From Octopus sinensis (lineage: Eukaryota): a stretch of 64,000 bases of DNA. Each line of letters begins with the position of its first letter. Position 1 is the stretch's first letter. The DNA is taken from contig NC_043001.1 of the NCBI RefSeq assembly GCF_006345805.1, positions 112,592,001 to 112,656,000 on the forward strand. The letters run 5' to 3'. A program made the translations under genes and the position numbers. The notes beneath the pieces were generated by a model. The model was not told where the DNA came from. It made no database searches and saw only the letters and a list, made by a program, of their open reading frames with translations. Shown here in pieces: positions 25,701-37,698 of the stretch.

Positions 25701-26082
25701 GGAAGCACTCCGTCGGTTACGACGATGAGGGTTCCGGTTGATCCGATCAACGGAACAGCCTGCTCGTGAAATTAATGTGTAAGTGGCTGAGCACTCCACA
25801 GACACGTGTACCCTTAACGTAGTTCTCGGGGATATTCAGCGTGACACAGAGAGTGACAAGGCGGCCCCTTGAAATACAGGTGCAACAGAAACAGGAAGTA
25901 AGAGTGAGAGAAAGTTGTGGTGAAAGAGTACAGCAGGAATCACCACCATCCCCTGCCAGAGCCTCGTGGAGCTTTAGGTGTTTTCGCTCAATAAACACTC
26001 ACAACGCCCGGTCTGGGAATCGGAACCACGATCCTATGACCGCGAGTCCGCTGCCCTAACCACTGGGCCATTGCGCCTCCAC
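25701..26082 (-). mobile_element. SINE-C
   Basis: Family match; CAGCTTG(G/A)GAAAAT on both flanks. Confidence 0.9.
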
Positions 26083-26388
26083 AGCTTGAGAAAATATGTA
26101 TATGGTGAATATGTGACGGCACATTTCTGCCTCACTAGCACTACTTAGCAATCAACTGAACAACAGTAGTTGCGGGTACAGCTCACACAATGGGAAACTG
26201 AACTGCCTAATTTACACTTAGTACCTCAAGACGGTTTCCAAGGATGAAAACCAGCAGACGGTCTATTCATCATCATCAAGATTTTCAGCTACTGCATCAG
26301 TATGGGATTCTTCCAGAGAAGGTAACTGACCAAGACTGCAAACCCAAGATACCGATACGATGATTAAGGAACTAGATCACGATGATTT

Positions 26389-26770
26389 GTGGAGGCGCAA
26401 TGGCCCAGTGGTTAGGGCAGCGTACTCGTGGTTGTAGGATCGCGGTTTCGATTCCCAGACCGGGCATTGTGAATGTTTATTGAGCGAAAACACCTAAAGC
26501 TTCACAAGACTCCTGCAGGGGGTGGTGGTGAACCCTGCTGTACTCTTCCACCACAACTTTCTCTCACTCTTACTTCCTGTTTCTGTTGTACCTGTATTTC
26601 AAAGGGCCGGCCTTGTCACTCTCTGTGTCACGCTGAATCTCCTCGAGAACTACATTAAGGGTACACGAGTCTGTGGAATGCTCAGTCACTTGCACGTTAA
26701 TTCCACGAGCAAGCTGTTCCGTTGATCGGATCAGCTGGGACCCTCATCGTCGTAACCGACGGAGTGCTCC
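26389..26770 (+). mobile_element. SINE-C
   Basis: Family match; 16-bp TSD ACTAGATCACGATGAT. Confidence 0.92.
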
Positions 26771-27102
26771 TACTAGATCACGATGATACATACATAAGAA
26801 TAAACGATGAAGATGGTACTACAGGTGAACTGCGTATTTTATTACAATGTGAACTGATTGCGGCTAGTATATTTAAAACTATTAACAGTCAAACAATACT
26901 CGTAGCAACGTACATCTTCAACATTATGATGTGGAAACTGGTCGGCAACAAGAGATTTAACATAAAAGACTAGAAAGATGCTACCCATAGAGAAGTAGGC
27001 TTCACAAGAAAGCATATATCGAAAGGTTTTACCAACCAAGATCTTGAGGTTCAGCTCTTACTGATCTTCGAGAGAATCATTATTAGGTTGGACACATATA
27101 TA

Positions 27103-27500
27103 GGCGCAGGAGTGGCTGTGTGGTAAGTAGCTTGCTAACCAACCACATGGTTCCGGGTTCAGTCCCACTGCGTGGTACCTTGGGCAAGTGTCTCTGCTAT
27201 AGCCCCGGGCCGACCAATGCTTGTGAGGGGATTTGGTAGACGGAAACTGAAAAGACCTGTCGTATATATGTATATATATATGTGTGTGCGTGTATGTTTG
27301 TGTGTCTGTGTCTGTCCCCCTAGCATTGTTTGACAACCGATGTTGGTGTGTTTACGTCCCCGTCACTTAGCGGTTCGGCAATAGAGACCGATAGAATAAG
27401 TACTGGGCTTACAAAAGTCCCGGGGTCGAGTTGCTCGATTAAAGGCGGTGCTCCAGCATGGCCGCAGTCAAATGACTGAAACAAGTAAAAGAGTAAAAGA
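27103..27500 (+). mobile_element. SINE-B
   Basis: Family match. Confidence 0.9.
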
Positions 27501-27859
27501 GAGAAAAAAGAGTATACCTAAGAAGAACAGAAAACCCACTCACCTGAAGAATAAAGCAAAGGATATAATTCAACAAGAAGGGCGTTTTAAGAAAGAGTTT
27601 AGTATGCCAGAGACACCACCAACAGAAAACAAGATGACAACCACTTAAGCCGAACGACTGAAGCAAAATGTAAAAACAAAAATGTAGCTAACTTCAACTG
27701 AAGAAAATATGAGGGATGGGCAAGATAATAATGCACGGATAGTACCTAAAACGCGTGCAGAATGCAGACATGGTGGACACACTAATGATTTAAGAGCACT
27801 GAAAGGGAAACAGGAACGGAAGATCTAAAATCGCTGCAAAACAAAATATTACTCTCACG

Positions 27860-27957
<98 letters not shown>

Positions 27958-28026
27958 GGTGGTGGCGGTGTGGTGGTGGTGGTGGTGGTGGTGACAGTAG
28001 TAGTAGTAGTAGTAGTGGTTGTGGTG

Positions 28027-28076
<50 letters not shown>

Positions 28077-28104
28077 GGTGGTGGTGGTGGTGGTAGTAGT
28101 AGTG

Positions 28105-28135
<31 letters not shown>

Positions 28136-28136
28136 C

Positions 28137-28186
<50 letters not shown>

Positions 28187-28208
28187 GTGTAGTAGTAGTA
28201 GTAGTAGT
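27860..28208. repeat. Compound (GTA)n/(GGT)n microsatellite, about 350 bp
   Basis: Direct reading. Confidence 0.95.
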
Positions 28209-29519
28209 TATCCTTTTCTACTATAGGCACGAGGCCTTAAAATTTCGGGTGCTGAGGAGTGTAGGTTACCTCGATCCCAGTGCTCAACTGTTATTTCAAA
28301 GTTTATCAACTTTAAAGGCCAAGTCGACCTCTGTGGAATTTGAACTCAGACATACAGACAAAATACCGCCCATGGCCTGAAATTTGGAGGAAATGGACAG
28401 TTGGTTAGAAGTTAGACCGACTCCCTGTATTTGTTGACTGATTTTTTAAAATTTCATCAACATTAGAATGGCGACGTGTAATTTTGATTATAGCGTGATT
28501 TGAACGCAATATGCAAAGAGACGGAAGAAATACCACAAGACTGCTTTTCTCGAAGCTCTACAGATTCTGGCAATCAATGATTTGGAATATTGAATGTTTA
28601 CCCAAAGTAACTATTTAACCTTTACTTTTGAGATCTCGTATCATTTAGAAGATGAAAATAAGAAAAGTAAAAAAAAAAATGGATTTATCAATAGCGGGAT
28701 AACTAAATTTCCTACTCATCTCTCACGAGAGTAAACTTCTTTATTTGCGGTTTAATCCGGCTATTTATTTTAAATACTATTGTTTCTTTTTTGTTGTTGT
28801 TGTTGTTGTATGTTGGTTTTTTTTAAGAGGAGAAAGGGAGGAGGGGTGGGGCAGTTATATTAGTTGTTAGGAAAGAATCGTTCTTAATCACAAATGCCAG
28901 CTGAGTGACTCACAGACTGAATATTCTGCTTCCCTCATCTCAACAAAGTTATCATAACATTGCTTTATCTAATCTCGTTATCCCCATCCTGAGAATTATG
29001 CCTCTCACCACCTCAACAACGTTTCCACACGATTATGATATCCTGCACACATGCATTTTCCTCCTCCTCCTCCTCCTCCTCCTCCTCCTCCTCCTCCTCC
29101 CATTTCTCCCTCCTCTTCCCCTCCTCTTCCTCCTGCTTCACCTCCTCTTTACCCGACTGACTGGGATGGATATGCACACAGTTGGACACGGGTGGGCACG
29201 GTGAGACAGAGGAATCGGGAGCACAGATCGGACATGGTTGGGCACGTTTTGGGTGGCTGTGAGAATGTGTGCTGTGAGGGACAGTGGAGCAGGCTTTCGG
29301 GTGTATTTGTGCGCAGGTTCTGTTATGGCAGTTTTTACAGTAAGGTAAGGGAACGAGTTTTCTTAATTCAGTTGTGGAAAGAAAGTTTGTGAGATTAGAA
29401 GAATCTAAAAGAGAAAGAAAATGAAATAGGAAAAAAATCTTTTAAAAATGGTATCGGCCCGATTTAAATTGACTTGGTGCCAATACAACAAGGAGATAAT
29501 ATTGGATATGGTAAGTAGA

Positions 29520-29743
29520 TATTCTTTTATTCTATTACTCGTTTCAGTCATTTTGACAGTGGCCATGCTGGAAGCACCGCCTTTTAGTCGAAGAAATCAA
29601 CCCCCTGGACTTATTCTTTAAAAGCCTGGTACTTATTCTATAGGTCACTTTTGCTGAACGCTAAGTTACGGGAACGTAAATACACCAACATCGGTTTTCA
29701 ACCGATGGAGGCGGGGGGGGGCAATCACAAACACAAACACAAA

Positions 29744-29775
<32 letters not shown>

Positions 29776-30072
29776 GGCCTGCTCGCCTAGCCAGCGGGGT
29801 GGCGTCATTCAAAGGCTAAAACAATGCGAACGCATTGTGACCAGCGATATGTAACAACATCTGATGGTCTGGTTGATCACGTGATATATATATATATTAT
29901 ATATATATATAAGACGGGCTTCTTTCAGTTTCCGTCTACCAAATCCACTCACAAAGCTTTGGTTGACCCGCGGCTATAGTAGAAGATACTTGCCCAAGGT
30001 TCCACGCAGTGGGACTGAACCCAGAACCATGAGGTAGGAATCAAGCTTCTTACCACACAACCACGCCTGCGC
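29520..30072 (-). mobile_element. SINE-B, interrupted within its (TA)n tract by an unrelated ~110-bp insert
   Basis: Both SINE-B halves are present and 29776-29884 is foreign sequence. Confidence 0.82.
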
Positions 30073-30084
30073 CTGTGTGAGCTG

Positions 30085-30790
30085 AAATTAAATAATGGCC
30101 TCAAATTCTGGCACAGGGCCACCAGTTTTTGAGGGGAGGAGAAGTCGATTACATCGGCTCTAGTGCTTGACTGGTATTTATTTAACCGATCACGAAAGGA
30201 TAAAAGGCAAAGTCGGTCTCGAGAGAAGTTAAGCTCAGAACGAAAAGACAGGTGAAATGGCGCTGAACGTTTTGTCTGGCGTGATAAAGGTTCAGCCAGC
30301 TCGCGATCTTACTGAAACTAGATAATCATTTATATTATAGGCACAAGGCTTAAAATTTTGAGTGAGGGAGTTGCCGATGACATCGACCACAGTGCTTCGC
30401 TGGTGCTTATTTTATCGAATTCGAAAGAATGAAAGGTAAAGCTGACCTTGGCGGGATTTGTCCTCAGAACGTTAAGACACACGAAATACCTATTTCTTTA
30501 TTACCCACAAGGGGCTAAATATAGAGGGGACAAACAAGGACAGACATAGGTATTAAGTCGATTACATCGACCCCAGTGCGTAACTGGTACTTAATTTATC
30601 GACCCCGAAAGGATGAAAGGCAAAGTTGACCTCGGCGGAATTTGAACTCACAACGTAACGACAGACGAAATACCGCTGAGCATTTCGCCCGGCGTGGTAA
30701 CGTTTCTGCCAGCTCGTCGCCTTGACAGACAGACGAAATACCGCTCAGCATTTTGTCCAGCATACTGATGGTTCTTCCAGCTCACAGCCC
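30085..30790 (-). mobile_element. Cluster of SINE-A copies: young A1 (30491-30721) nested in an older A2, plus another old A2 at about 30085-30310
   Basis: AGACACACGAAATACC (30475-30490) and AGACAGACGAAATACC (30727-30742) flank the young copy. Confidence 0.85.
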
Positions 30791-31786
30791 TAATCATAAC
30801 CCTAACCCTAACCCTAACCCCTTGGAAATGTCACAGGGAACGGTCAAGTATTCATCAGACATTATCAAATATTCTTTGTTTTCAGAAATGTTATTTCCCA
30901 GTTGTCCTTGTCATACTGTATAATATTTTTGGATTTTATATATGCGTGTGAAATTCGACCGGTGACTGTTGTTGCTACAATCACCGATTGCTTTCAAAGG
31001 GGGAGGGAGGGAGGGAGGGAGAGAGAGAGAGAGAGAGAGAGCGCGCGAAGAGAAAGAAAGTTTGCTAAGAAATAGACGGAAGGGAGAAATTTCCCTTAAA
31101 GGTAGAGAACCGCTCAGCGATTTGTTTTTGCTTCAGTTGCTCATTGACCTTCCATTTCTTTTTGTTCTGTTTAGTTTTCTAATTGCACCTACAAAGTCAT
31201 TGGTTTAATGACCAAGGCTATCGTTTATGGTGTTCTTGCTTTTGTTTAGAAGTCATTAACCGTATTATTGTTGTTGTCATTGCTTGCCCACAGGTGTGCT
31301 CCCAGTAAGAACACTCAACGATCAAAGACTTTCCGATTGCGACCATTCAAACTTTATTACAGACTGTGTATTTGGATATACTGCCTGAATCCAACATCTC
31401 TGTTGCAAGACAATGGTACAACACCGTCCACTGGACATTGAGCTTAACGTGGCATTGACACAACTCCTATCACCAATCTCACCATTAGACTTTCCTCATA
31501 CTACCCTTTGTTGAATTTTGCAAATTCGATTAGTTACATCAGCTATATTTAAAGCAGCCAAATCTAGGATATTGACCATCCATAGTTTCACAATTTACTT
31601 TAAAAGTGTTTTAAGTATTGAAAAACCAGGTATTCAACAATTAATGTATTTACATTCTTAAAGCGAAGATTTTATGTTCTTTAGCTGTTTTAAAAACTTT
31701 TGTTTTAGCTATTAGAAAATTAGCCAAATGAAAATTAGATCAGTACCAAAATAACGGAGTTTTCATTTACTGAAAATTTGATACAT

Positions 31787-32010
31787 ATACTCTTTTACTC
31801 TCTCTTTTACTCTTTTACTTGTTTCAGTCATTTGACTGCGGCCATGCTGGAGCACCGCCTTTAGTCGACCAAATCGACCCGGGACTTATTCTTTGCAAGC
31901 CCAGTACTTATTCTATCGGTCTCTTTTGCCGAACTGCTAAGTGACGGGGACGTAAACACACCAGCATCGGTTGTCAAGCAATGCTAGGGGGACAAACACA
32001 CAAACACATA

Positions 32011-32044
<34 letters not shown>

Positions 32045-32208
32045 TACGACGGGCTTCTTTCAGTTTCCGTCTACCAAATTCACTCACAAGGCTTTGGTCG
32101 GCCCGAGGCTATAGTAGAAGACACTTGCCCAAGGTGCCATGTAGTGGGACTGAACCCGGAACCATGCGGTTCGTAAGCAAGCTACTTACCACACAGCAAC
32201 TCCTACAC
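31787..32208 (-). mobile_element. SINE-B
   Basis: Near-consensus family match. Confidence 0.9.
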
Positions 32209-32640
32209 CTATATGTTGTAATAAACTATTTTTTTAAACTACGTTTATGAAATATGCAGCTTTAACGTATGCAGATTTTTTGATGACTGTTAAATTTTCA
32301 TAATTGTAAATATGTATGTATATTATATTTGTGAAGAATGTAGCATATTGCATTAAATTTATTTCATGGTACACGATTGTTTCATCTATAGGTAGGTGAC
32401 CTATAAAACATCATATCTTTAGATATGGATGATAATAAACATTTAGTTCTGTATATGTATGTATATATATATATATAAGGAAAGGAAAAATATAAATGCA
32501 GACGATCTTTTAATACAAAATTCGTACAAATCTAATAAAGATCCTTTGAAGGATTTTGGTCCTTCTTGTGTTATATATATAGATATATATATGTGTGTAT
32601 GTGGGGGGGTATTTAAATGTATATATTATATATATGTATA

Positions 32641-32699
<59 letters not shown>

Positions 32700-32705
32700 A
32701 TACGT

Positions 32706-32740
<35 letters not shown>

Positions 32741-33145
32741 CATTTATAAATATACGAGTATATATATATATTGTTCCGGGTTTAGTCACACTGCGTGGCG
32801 CCTTAGTCATTGTCTTAAATTGGACATGACTCAAAGATCTGCTTAAAATAGACATGACTCCAAGAACAGGAACACATTACAAAACTATTAATAACATCAA
32901 AACTTATGTAATTCTAATGTCTTTCTAGTTTTTATCTAAACTACTGACGTGTAATTTCGGACAACTCAGATTCTCTAATATGAATAGTTCTGTCTTTCTG
33001 TACGAAACAAGTTGTATATCAACATGAATAATAAGAACTATAATCCATTTTAACATCTAAATCTCCTCCATTTACGTAAACATCAACGAATTTGTTGAAC
33101 TGTACTTAATAAGTCATATACTTAATAATGATTATATATATGATA

Positions 33146-33208
<63 letters not shown>

Positions 33209-33210
<2 letters not shown>

Positions 33211-33420
33211 GGAGGCGCAATGGCCCAGTGGTTTTCGCAATGGACTCGCGGTTGGAGGATCGCGGTTTCGATTCCCAAACCGGGGTTTTGTGTGTGTTTA
33301 TTGAGCGAAAACAGCTAAAAGCGATGGACTGGCGTCCCGGCCAGCTGGAAGGGCACACATACGCCACAGAAACCGGGAAACCGGGCCCATGAGCCTGGCT
33401 AGGCTTGAAAAGGGCGCGAA
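33209..33420 (+). mobile_element. Chimeric SINE: SINE-C head, V-domain-like segment and RTE-like tail
   Basis: C head followed by GCGATGGACTGGCGTCCCGGCCAG and CCACAGAAACCGGGAAACCGGGCCCATGAGCC. Confidence 0.65.
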
Positions 33421-33449
33421 ACATATATATTTATATATATATATATACA

Positions 33450-33515
33450 TATAAAATATATGCATACATACATACATATATGTTCGTACCTACATCTATA
33501 TGTATATATACATGC

Positions 33516-33554
<39 letters not shown>

Positions 33555-34311
33555 GTGTGTGTGTGTGTGTACAGGACACCACAAATAAACGTAGAACACA
33601 ACGAGAAACGAAAACATAAAAACAAACTAGGAAACGGACTTTTTTTAACAACGAAAAATCAGAGTACAAGACAAACAATACAAGGAATAGTCCCCTTCAT
33701 CAGCAGTCCCTGGTTCGACTCAATGCGTGTTTCGACGGTAAGGACAGAACACGATCCGGTCGAAGCAATCCTTCCTGCAAAAGAATTAAATAAAATTCTT
33801 TTGCAGAGGGGTAAAACAAGGAAAGAAAAAAGTGACAAGAACAGGACGTAAAAGCAATACAAATAAAAATACAGTACACATAAAGAATAAAAACAGGACA
33901 ATGAAACCAACATTGAGGGCCTTTTTTAAGCCTAGACGATGGAAAAATTCGGAGCGCAAGAAAATGTCGGTGTTGACTTGTAGAAAGCTGCGAGCAAAAG
34001 AAAGTTAGTAGTCCAATCAGCAGTGAGAGAGATGAGAAGTGAGAGACAGAGAGGAGAGATAGAGAGGAAAGGAAACCAGAAAGGATGAAAAATAAGAAGG
34101 AGAGAGAGAGGTAAAGAGGAAGACAGACAGGAAGGAAGGAAAGGTCAAGTAAAGGGTTAGAGATTTCGCGTCATAATCATATATAAAAACTTACTTGGAG
34201 AAAAGAAACGAAAGGACGCGAGGGCGCTCAGTCATATAATAATTTAATAAATAAAATATATGCATACATACATACATATATGTACGTACCTACATTTATA
34301 TGTAATATACA

Positions 34312-34378
<67 letters not shown>

Positions 34379-34712
34379 TGAGTACAGGACCCACAATAAA
34401 CGTAGAACACAACGGGAAACGAAAACATAAAAACAAACTAGGAAACGAACTTTTTTAACAACGACGAAAAAACAGTACAAGAAACAAAACATACAAGGAA
34501 TATTCCCCTTCATCAGTTGTCCCTGGTTCGACTCAATGCGTGTTTCGAAGGTAAGAACAGAACATGATCCGGTCGAAGCAGTCCTTCCTGCAAAATGAAT
34601 TGAATAAAATTCTTTTGCAGAGGGGTAAAAGAAGGAAATAAAAAAAGTGGCAAGAACAGGACGTAAAAGCAATACAAATAAAAATACAGTACACATGAAG
34701 AATAAAAACAGG

Positions 34713-34716
<4 letters not shown>
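33450..34716. repeat. Two ~450-bp direct repeats (offset about 813 bp) around a GA-rich spacer; unclassified mobile element
   Basis: 33450-33900 aligns by eye with 34250-34716 (CTTCATCAG at 33695 and 34508). Confidence 0.85.
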
Positions 34717-34748
<32 letters not shown>

Positions 34749-35074
34749 AGGTGCGGCAGACGTAACGCCCTTCTTGTATTTAATGACTTTTATACTATAT
34801 AAATGTTTATTAAGTAAATTTTTATTGAGCACAAATTTATTGCATTACTTAAAGAAACGAATAATACACCTTCGTCAATCGCATGGCTATATTTATCTTA
34901 AATTTCTGAAATAAAAAATAAATGTAATAAGAAAGTAGATACACACACACACACCCCACACACACACAACACACCACACACACACACACAACACACACTA
35001 TATATATCATGTTGATTCGTTAGCTACTGCACGCATTTTTTTCTCTCCTTCTTTCTGTGTTTTTTTCTCTCTGT

Positions 35075-35114
35075 GTCTTTCTGTTGAAGAGCGTAGGCTC
35101 GAAACGTTAACGAC
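35075..35114 (+). ncRNA. Minimal type-I hammerhead ribozyme-like motif, variant core CUGUUGA
   Basis: GTCTTT-CTGTTGA-A-GAGC(GTAG)GCTC-GAAA-CGTT-AACGAC: stem I (one mismatch), perfect 4-bp stem II, palindromic loopless stem III. Confidence 0.6.
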
Positions 35115-35279
35115 TGTTTTATTTATATTTCCTGAGCGCCATACAATACAATTGTTCGTTGTTTTCCACCTGCCTTCGTCTTTGTCTATTCATAAAGCTT
35201 CCGTTTATATATATATATATATATCGCCATGATAGATCGTTAGCCACTACACACATTTTTTCTCCCTTGTTTTTTCTGT

Positions 35280-35321
35280 GTCCCTTTCTGTAGAATAGCG
35301 TAGGCTCGAAACGTAAAAGAC
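35280..35321 (+). ncRNA. Minimal type-I hammerhead ribozyme-like motif, variant core CUGUAGA
   Basis: GTCCCTTT-CTGTAGA-A-TAGC(GTAG)GCTC-GAAA-CGTA-AAAGAC; predicted GUA cleavage after 35315; the first stem II pair is mutated. Confidence 0.55.
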
Positions 35322-35575
35322 TTTTTCTATTCCTGAACGTATACTAATACATCTGTTTGTTTTGTACACCACCCATCTACGTCTTTTGCTTTTTACGTAA
35401 ACTCTCCCTATATATTATATATATATATTATATATATATTGTCCCGTTTTGCGTTCATGTCCCATTTTGTATTTTATTTTATATATATATATATATATAA
35501 TATATATAGCGGCGTACGTACACGTTGTTCTGTTATATATATATATGTATATATATATATGTATATTATATATAT

Positions 35576-35642
<67 letters not shown>

Positions 35643-35910
35643 CTATTACATGTTGTGTGTCGTGTGTGTGTATATACATATATATGCATACATTTATGTG
35701 CGTGCGCTCGTGCGCTCCTTTAACTCTCTTTTGACATCCTCGTACTTTAGCAGTTCGGCAATGGATACTCAATAGAATGGATACCAGCCTTCAAAGCGGT
35801 GCCCCAGTATGGCTGCAGTCTAATGACTTTTTTACAAAAGTAAATGATAGTAGAAAAAGATATACAGATGAGGAAGTCTGTCGCCCAGATATGTTGAACG
35901 CTGCAACAGT

Positions 35911-36292
35911 GGAAGCACTCCGTCGGTTATGACAACGAGGGTTCCGGTTGATCCGATCAACGGAACAGCCTGCTCGTGAAATTAACGTGTAAGTGGCTGA
36001 GCACTCCACAGACACGTGTACCCTTAACGTAGTTCTCGGGGATATTTAGCGTGACACAGAGAGTGACAAGGCCGGCCCTTTGAAATACAGGTACAACAGA
36101 AACAGGAAGTAAGAGTGAGAGAAAGTTGTGGTGAAAGAGTACAGCAGGGATCACCACTATCCCTGCCGGAGCCACATGGAGCTTTAGGTGTTTTCGCTCA
36201 ATAAACACTCACAACGCCCGGTCTGGGAATCGAAACCGCGATCCTACGACCGCGAGTCCACTGCCCTAACCCCTGGGCCATTGCGCCTCCAC
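35911..36292 (-). mobile_element. SINE-C
   Basis: Family match; ACGCTGCAACAGT TSD. Confidence 0.92.
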
Positions 36293-36589
36293 GCTGCAAC
36301 AGTACATAGATGTTCTATATAGATTGGAATACACTGTTTTATCTTTGGAATCGTGAGAATTTTAATTCAGATGTTTTCCCCACATCAGTAAAATAACACC
36401 ATATACAAACTAATGTATTGTACGATTTCAGGCTTTAGTTGATAGAAGATGTATACTTGGATATGTTTGTTGTTTGTTGTTATCGTCGTCGTTGTTATTG
36501 TTGTTGCAGCTGTTGTTGTTGCTGTTGTCGTCGTGATCGTTCAATCCCAGGTCAGGTCTGGTAGAGTGGAATTATGATCAAAGGCTCGA

Positions 36590-37010
36590 CTATTTTTTTT
36601 TCTTTTTCTTTTTCTTTTTTTTGTTTCAGTCATTTGACTGCGGCCATGCTGGAGCACCGCCTTTCGTCGAGCAAATCGACCCGGGACTTATTCTTTGTAA
36701 GCCCAGTATTTATTCTAACGGTCTCTTTTGCCGAACCGCTAGGTGATGGGGACATAAACACACCAGCATCGGTTGTCAAGCAATGCTAGGGGGACAAACA
36801 CAGACACACAAACATACACGCACACACATATATATATACATATATACGACGGGCTTCTTTCAGTTTCCGTCTACCAAATCCACTCACAAGGCTTTGGTCG
36901 GCCCGAGGCTATAGTAGAAGACACTTGCCCAAGGTGCCACGCAGTGGGACTGAACCCGGAACCATGTGGTTGGTAAACAAGCTACTTACCACACAGCCAC
37001 TCCTGCGCCT
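36590..37010 (-). mobile_element. SINE-B
   Basis: Family match. Confidence 0.9.
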
Positions 37011-37246
37011 ATATTGTTTAACTTTTATCGTTAACTTGCTCGTGTCACAGGATTGTCCTCATGCTGGTGGGGTTTTTTGTTTTCAGATCCCCCCCCCAGC
37101 CCGCGTCACAATATTATTTTCGCATACATATTCCGATACTTCTTGTCAAGTTCATGCTTTCTCTTCAAAGTTACCACAAATTAGATTTGGTTGCCACTTT
37201 TTGAAAAATAAGCAACAACTACAGTCTAGGTTGTCATGAGTATGAA

Positions 37247-37649
37247 AGCGAGCTGGCAGAACCGTTTGCACGCCGAGCAAAATGCTTAGCGGTATTTCGT
37301 CTGCGCTACGTTCCGAGTTCAAATTCCGCCGAGGTCGACTTTGCCTTTCATCCTTTCGGGATCGATAAATTAAGTACCACTTACGCATTGGGGTCGATAT
37401 AATCGACTTAATCCGTTTGTCTGTCTTTGTTTGTCCTCTCTGTGTTTAGCCCCTTGTGGGTAGTAAATAAATAGGTATTTCGCCTGTCTTTATGTTCTGA
37501 ATTCAAATTCCGCCGAGGTCGACTTTGACTTTCATCATTTTGGAATCGATAAATTAAGTACCAGTTGTGCACTGGGGTTCGATGTAACTGACTGGCCCCT
37601 TCCCTCAAATTTCAGGCCTTGTGTCTATAGCAGAAAGGATTATTATTGC

Positions 37650-37698
<49 letters not shown>
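37247..37698 (+). mobile_element. SINE-A dimer: A1 unit plus headless A2 unit with (ATT)n tail
   Basis: Junction AATAAATA|GGTATTTCG at 37474. Confidence 0.85.

Noticed and set aside
29051-29392. Possible exon after the (CCT)n tract, ending near AG|GTAAGG
   Set aside because: No recognisable protein similarity in any frame, and a single donor-like motif is insufficient evidence without RNA data.
30788-30820. (CCCTAA)n as a chromosome end or fusion site
   Set aside because: Only about five units, and similar tracts are carried inside MITEs in this window.
33690-33760. Type-II hammerhead ribozyme (GAAAC..GTC..CTGATGA on the minus strand)
   Set aside because: The core words are present, but stem I cannot pair in either copy and stem III has only isolated pairs. 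Kept only as an unclassified structured element.
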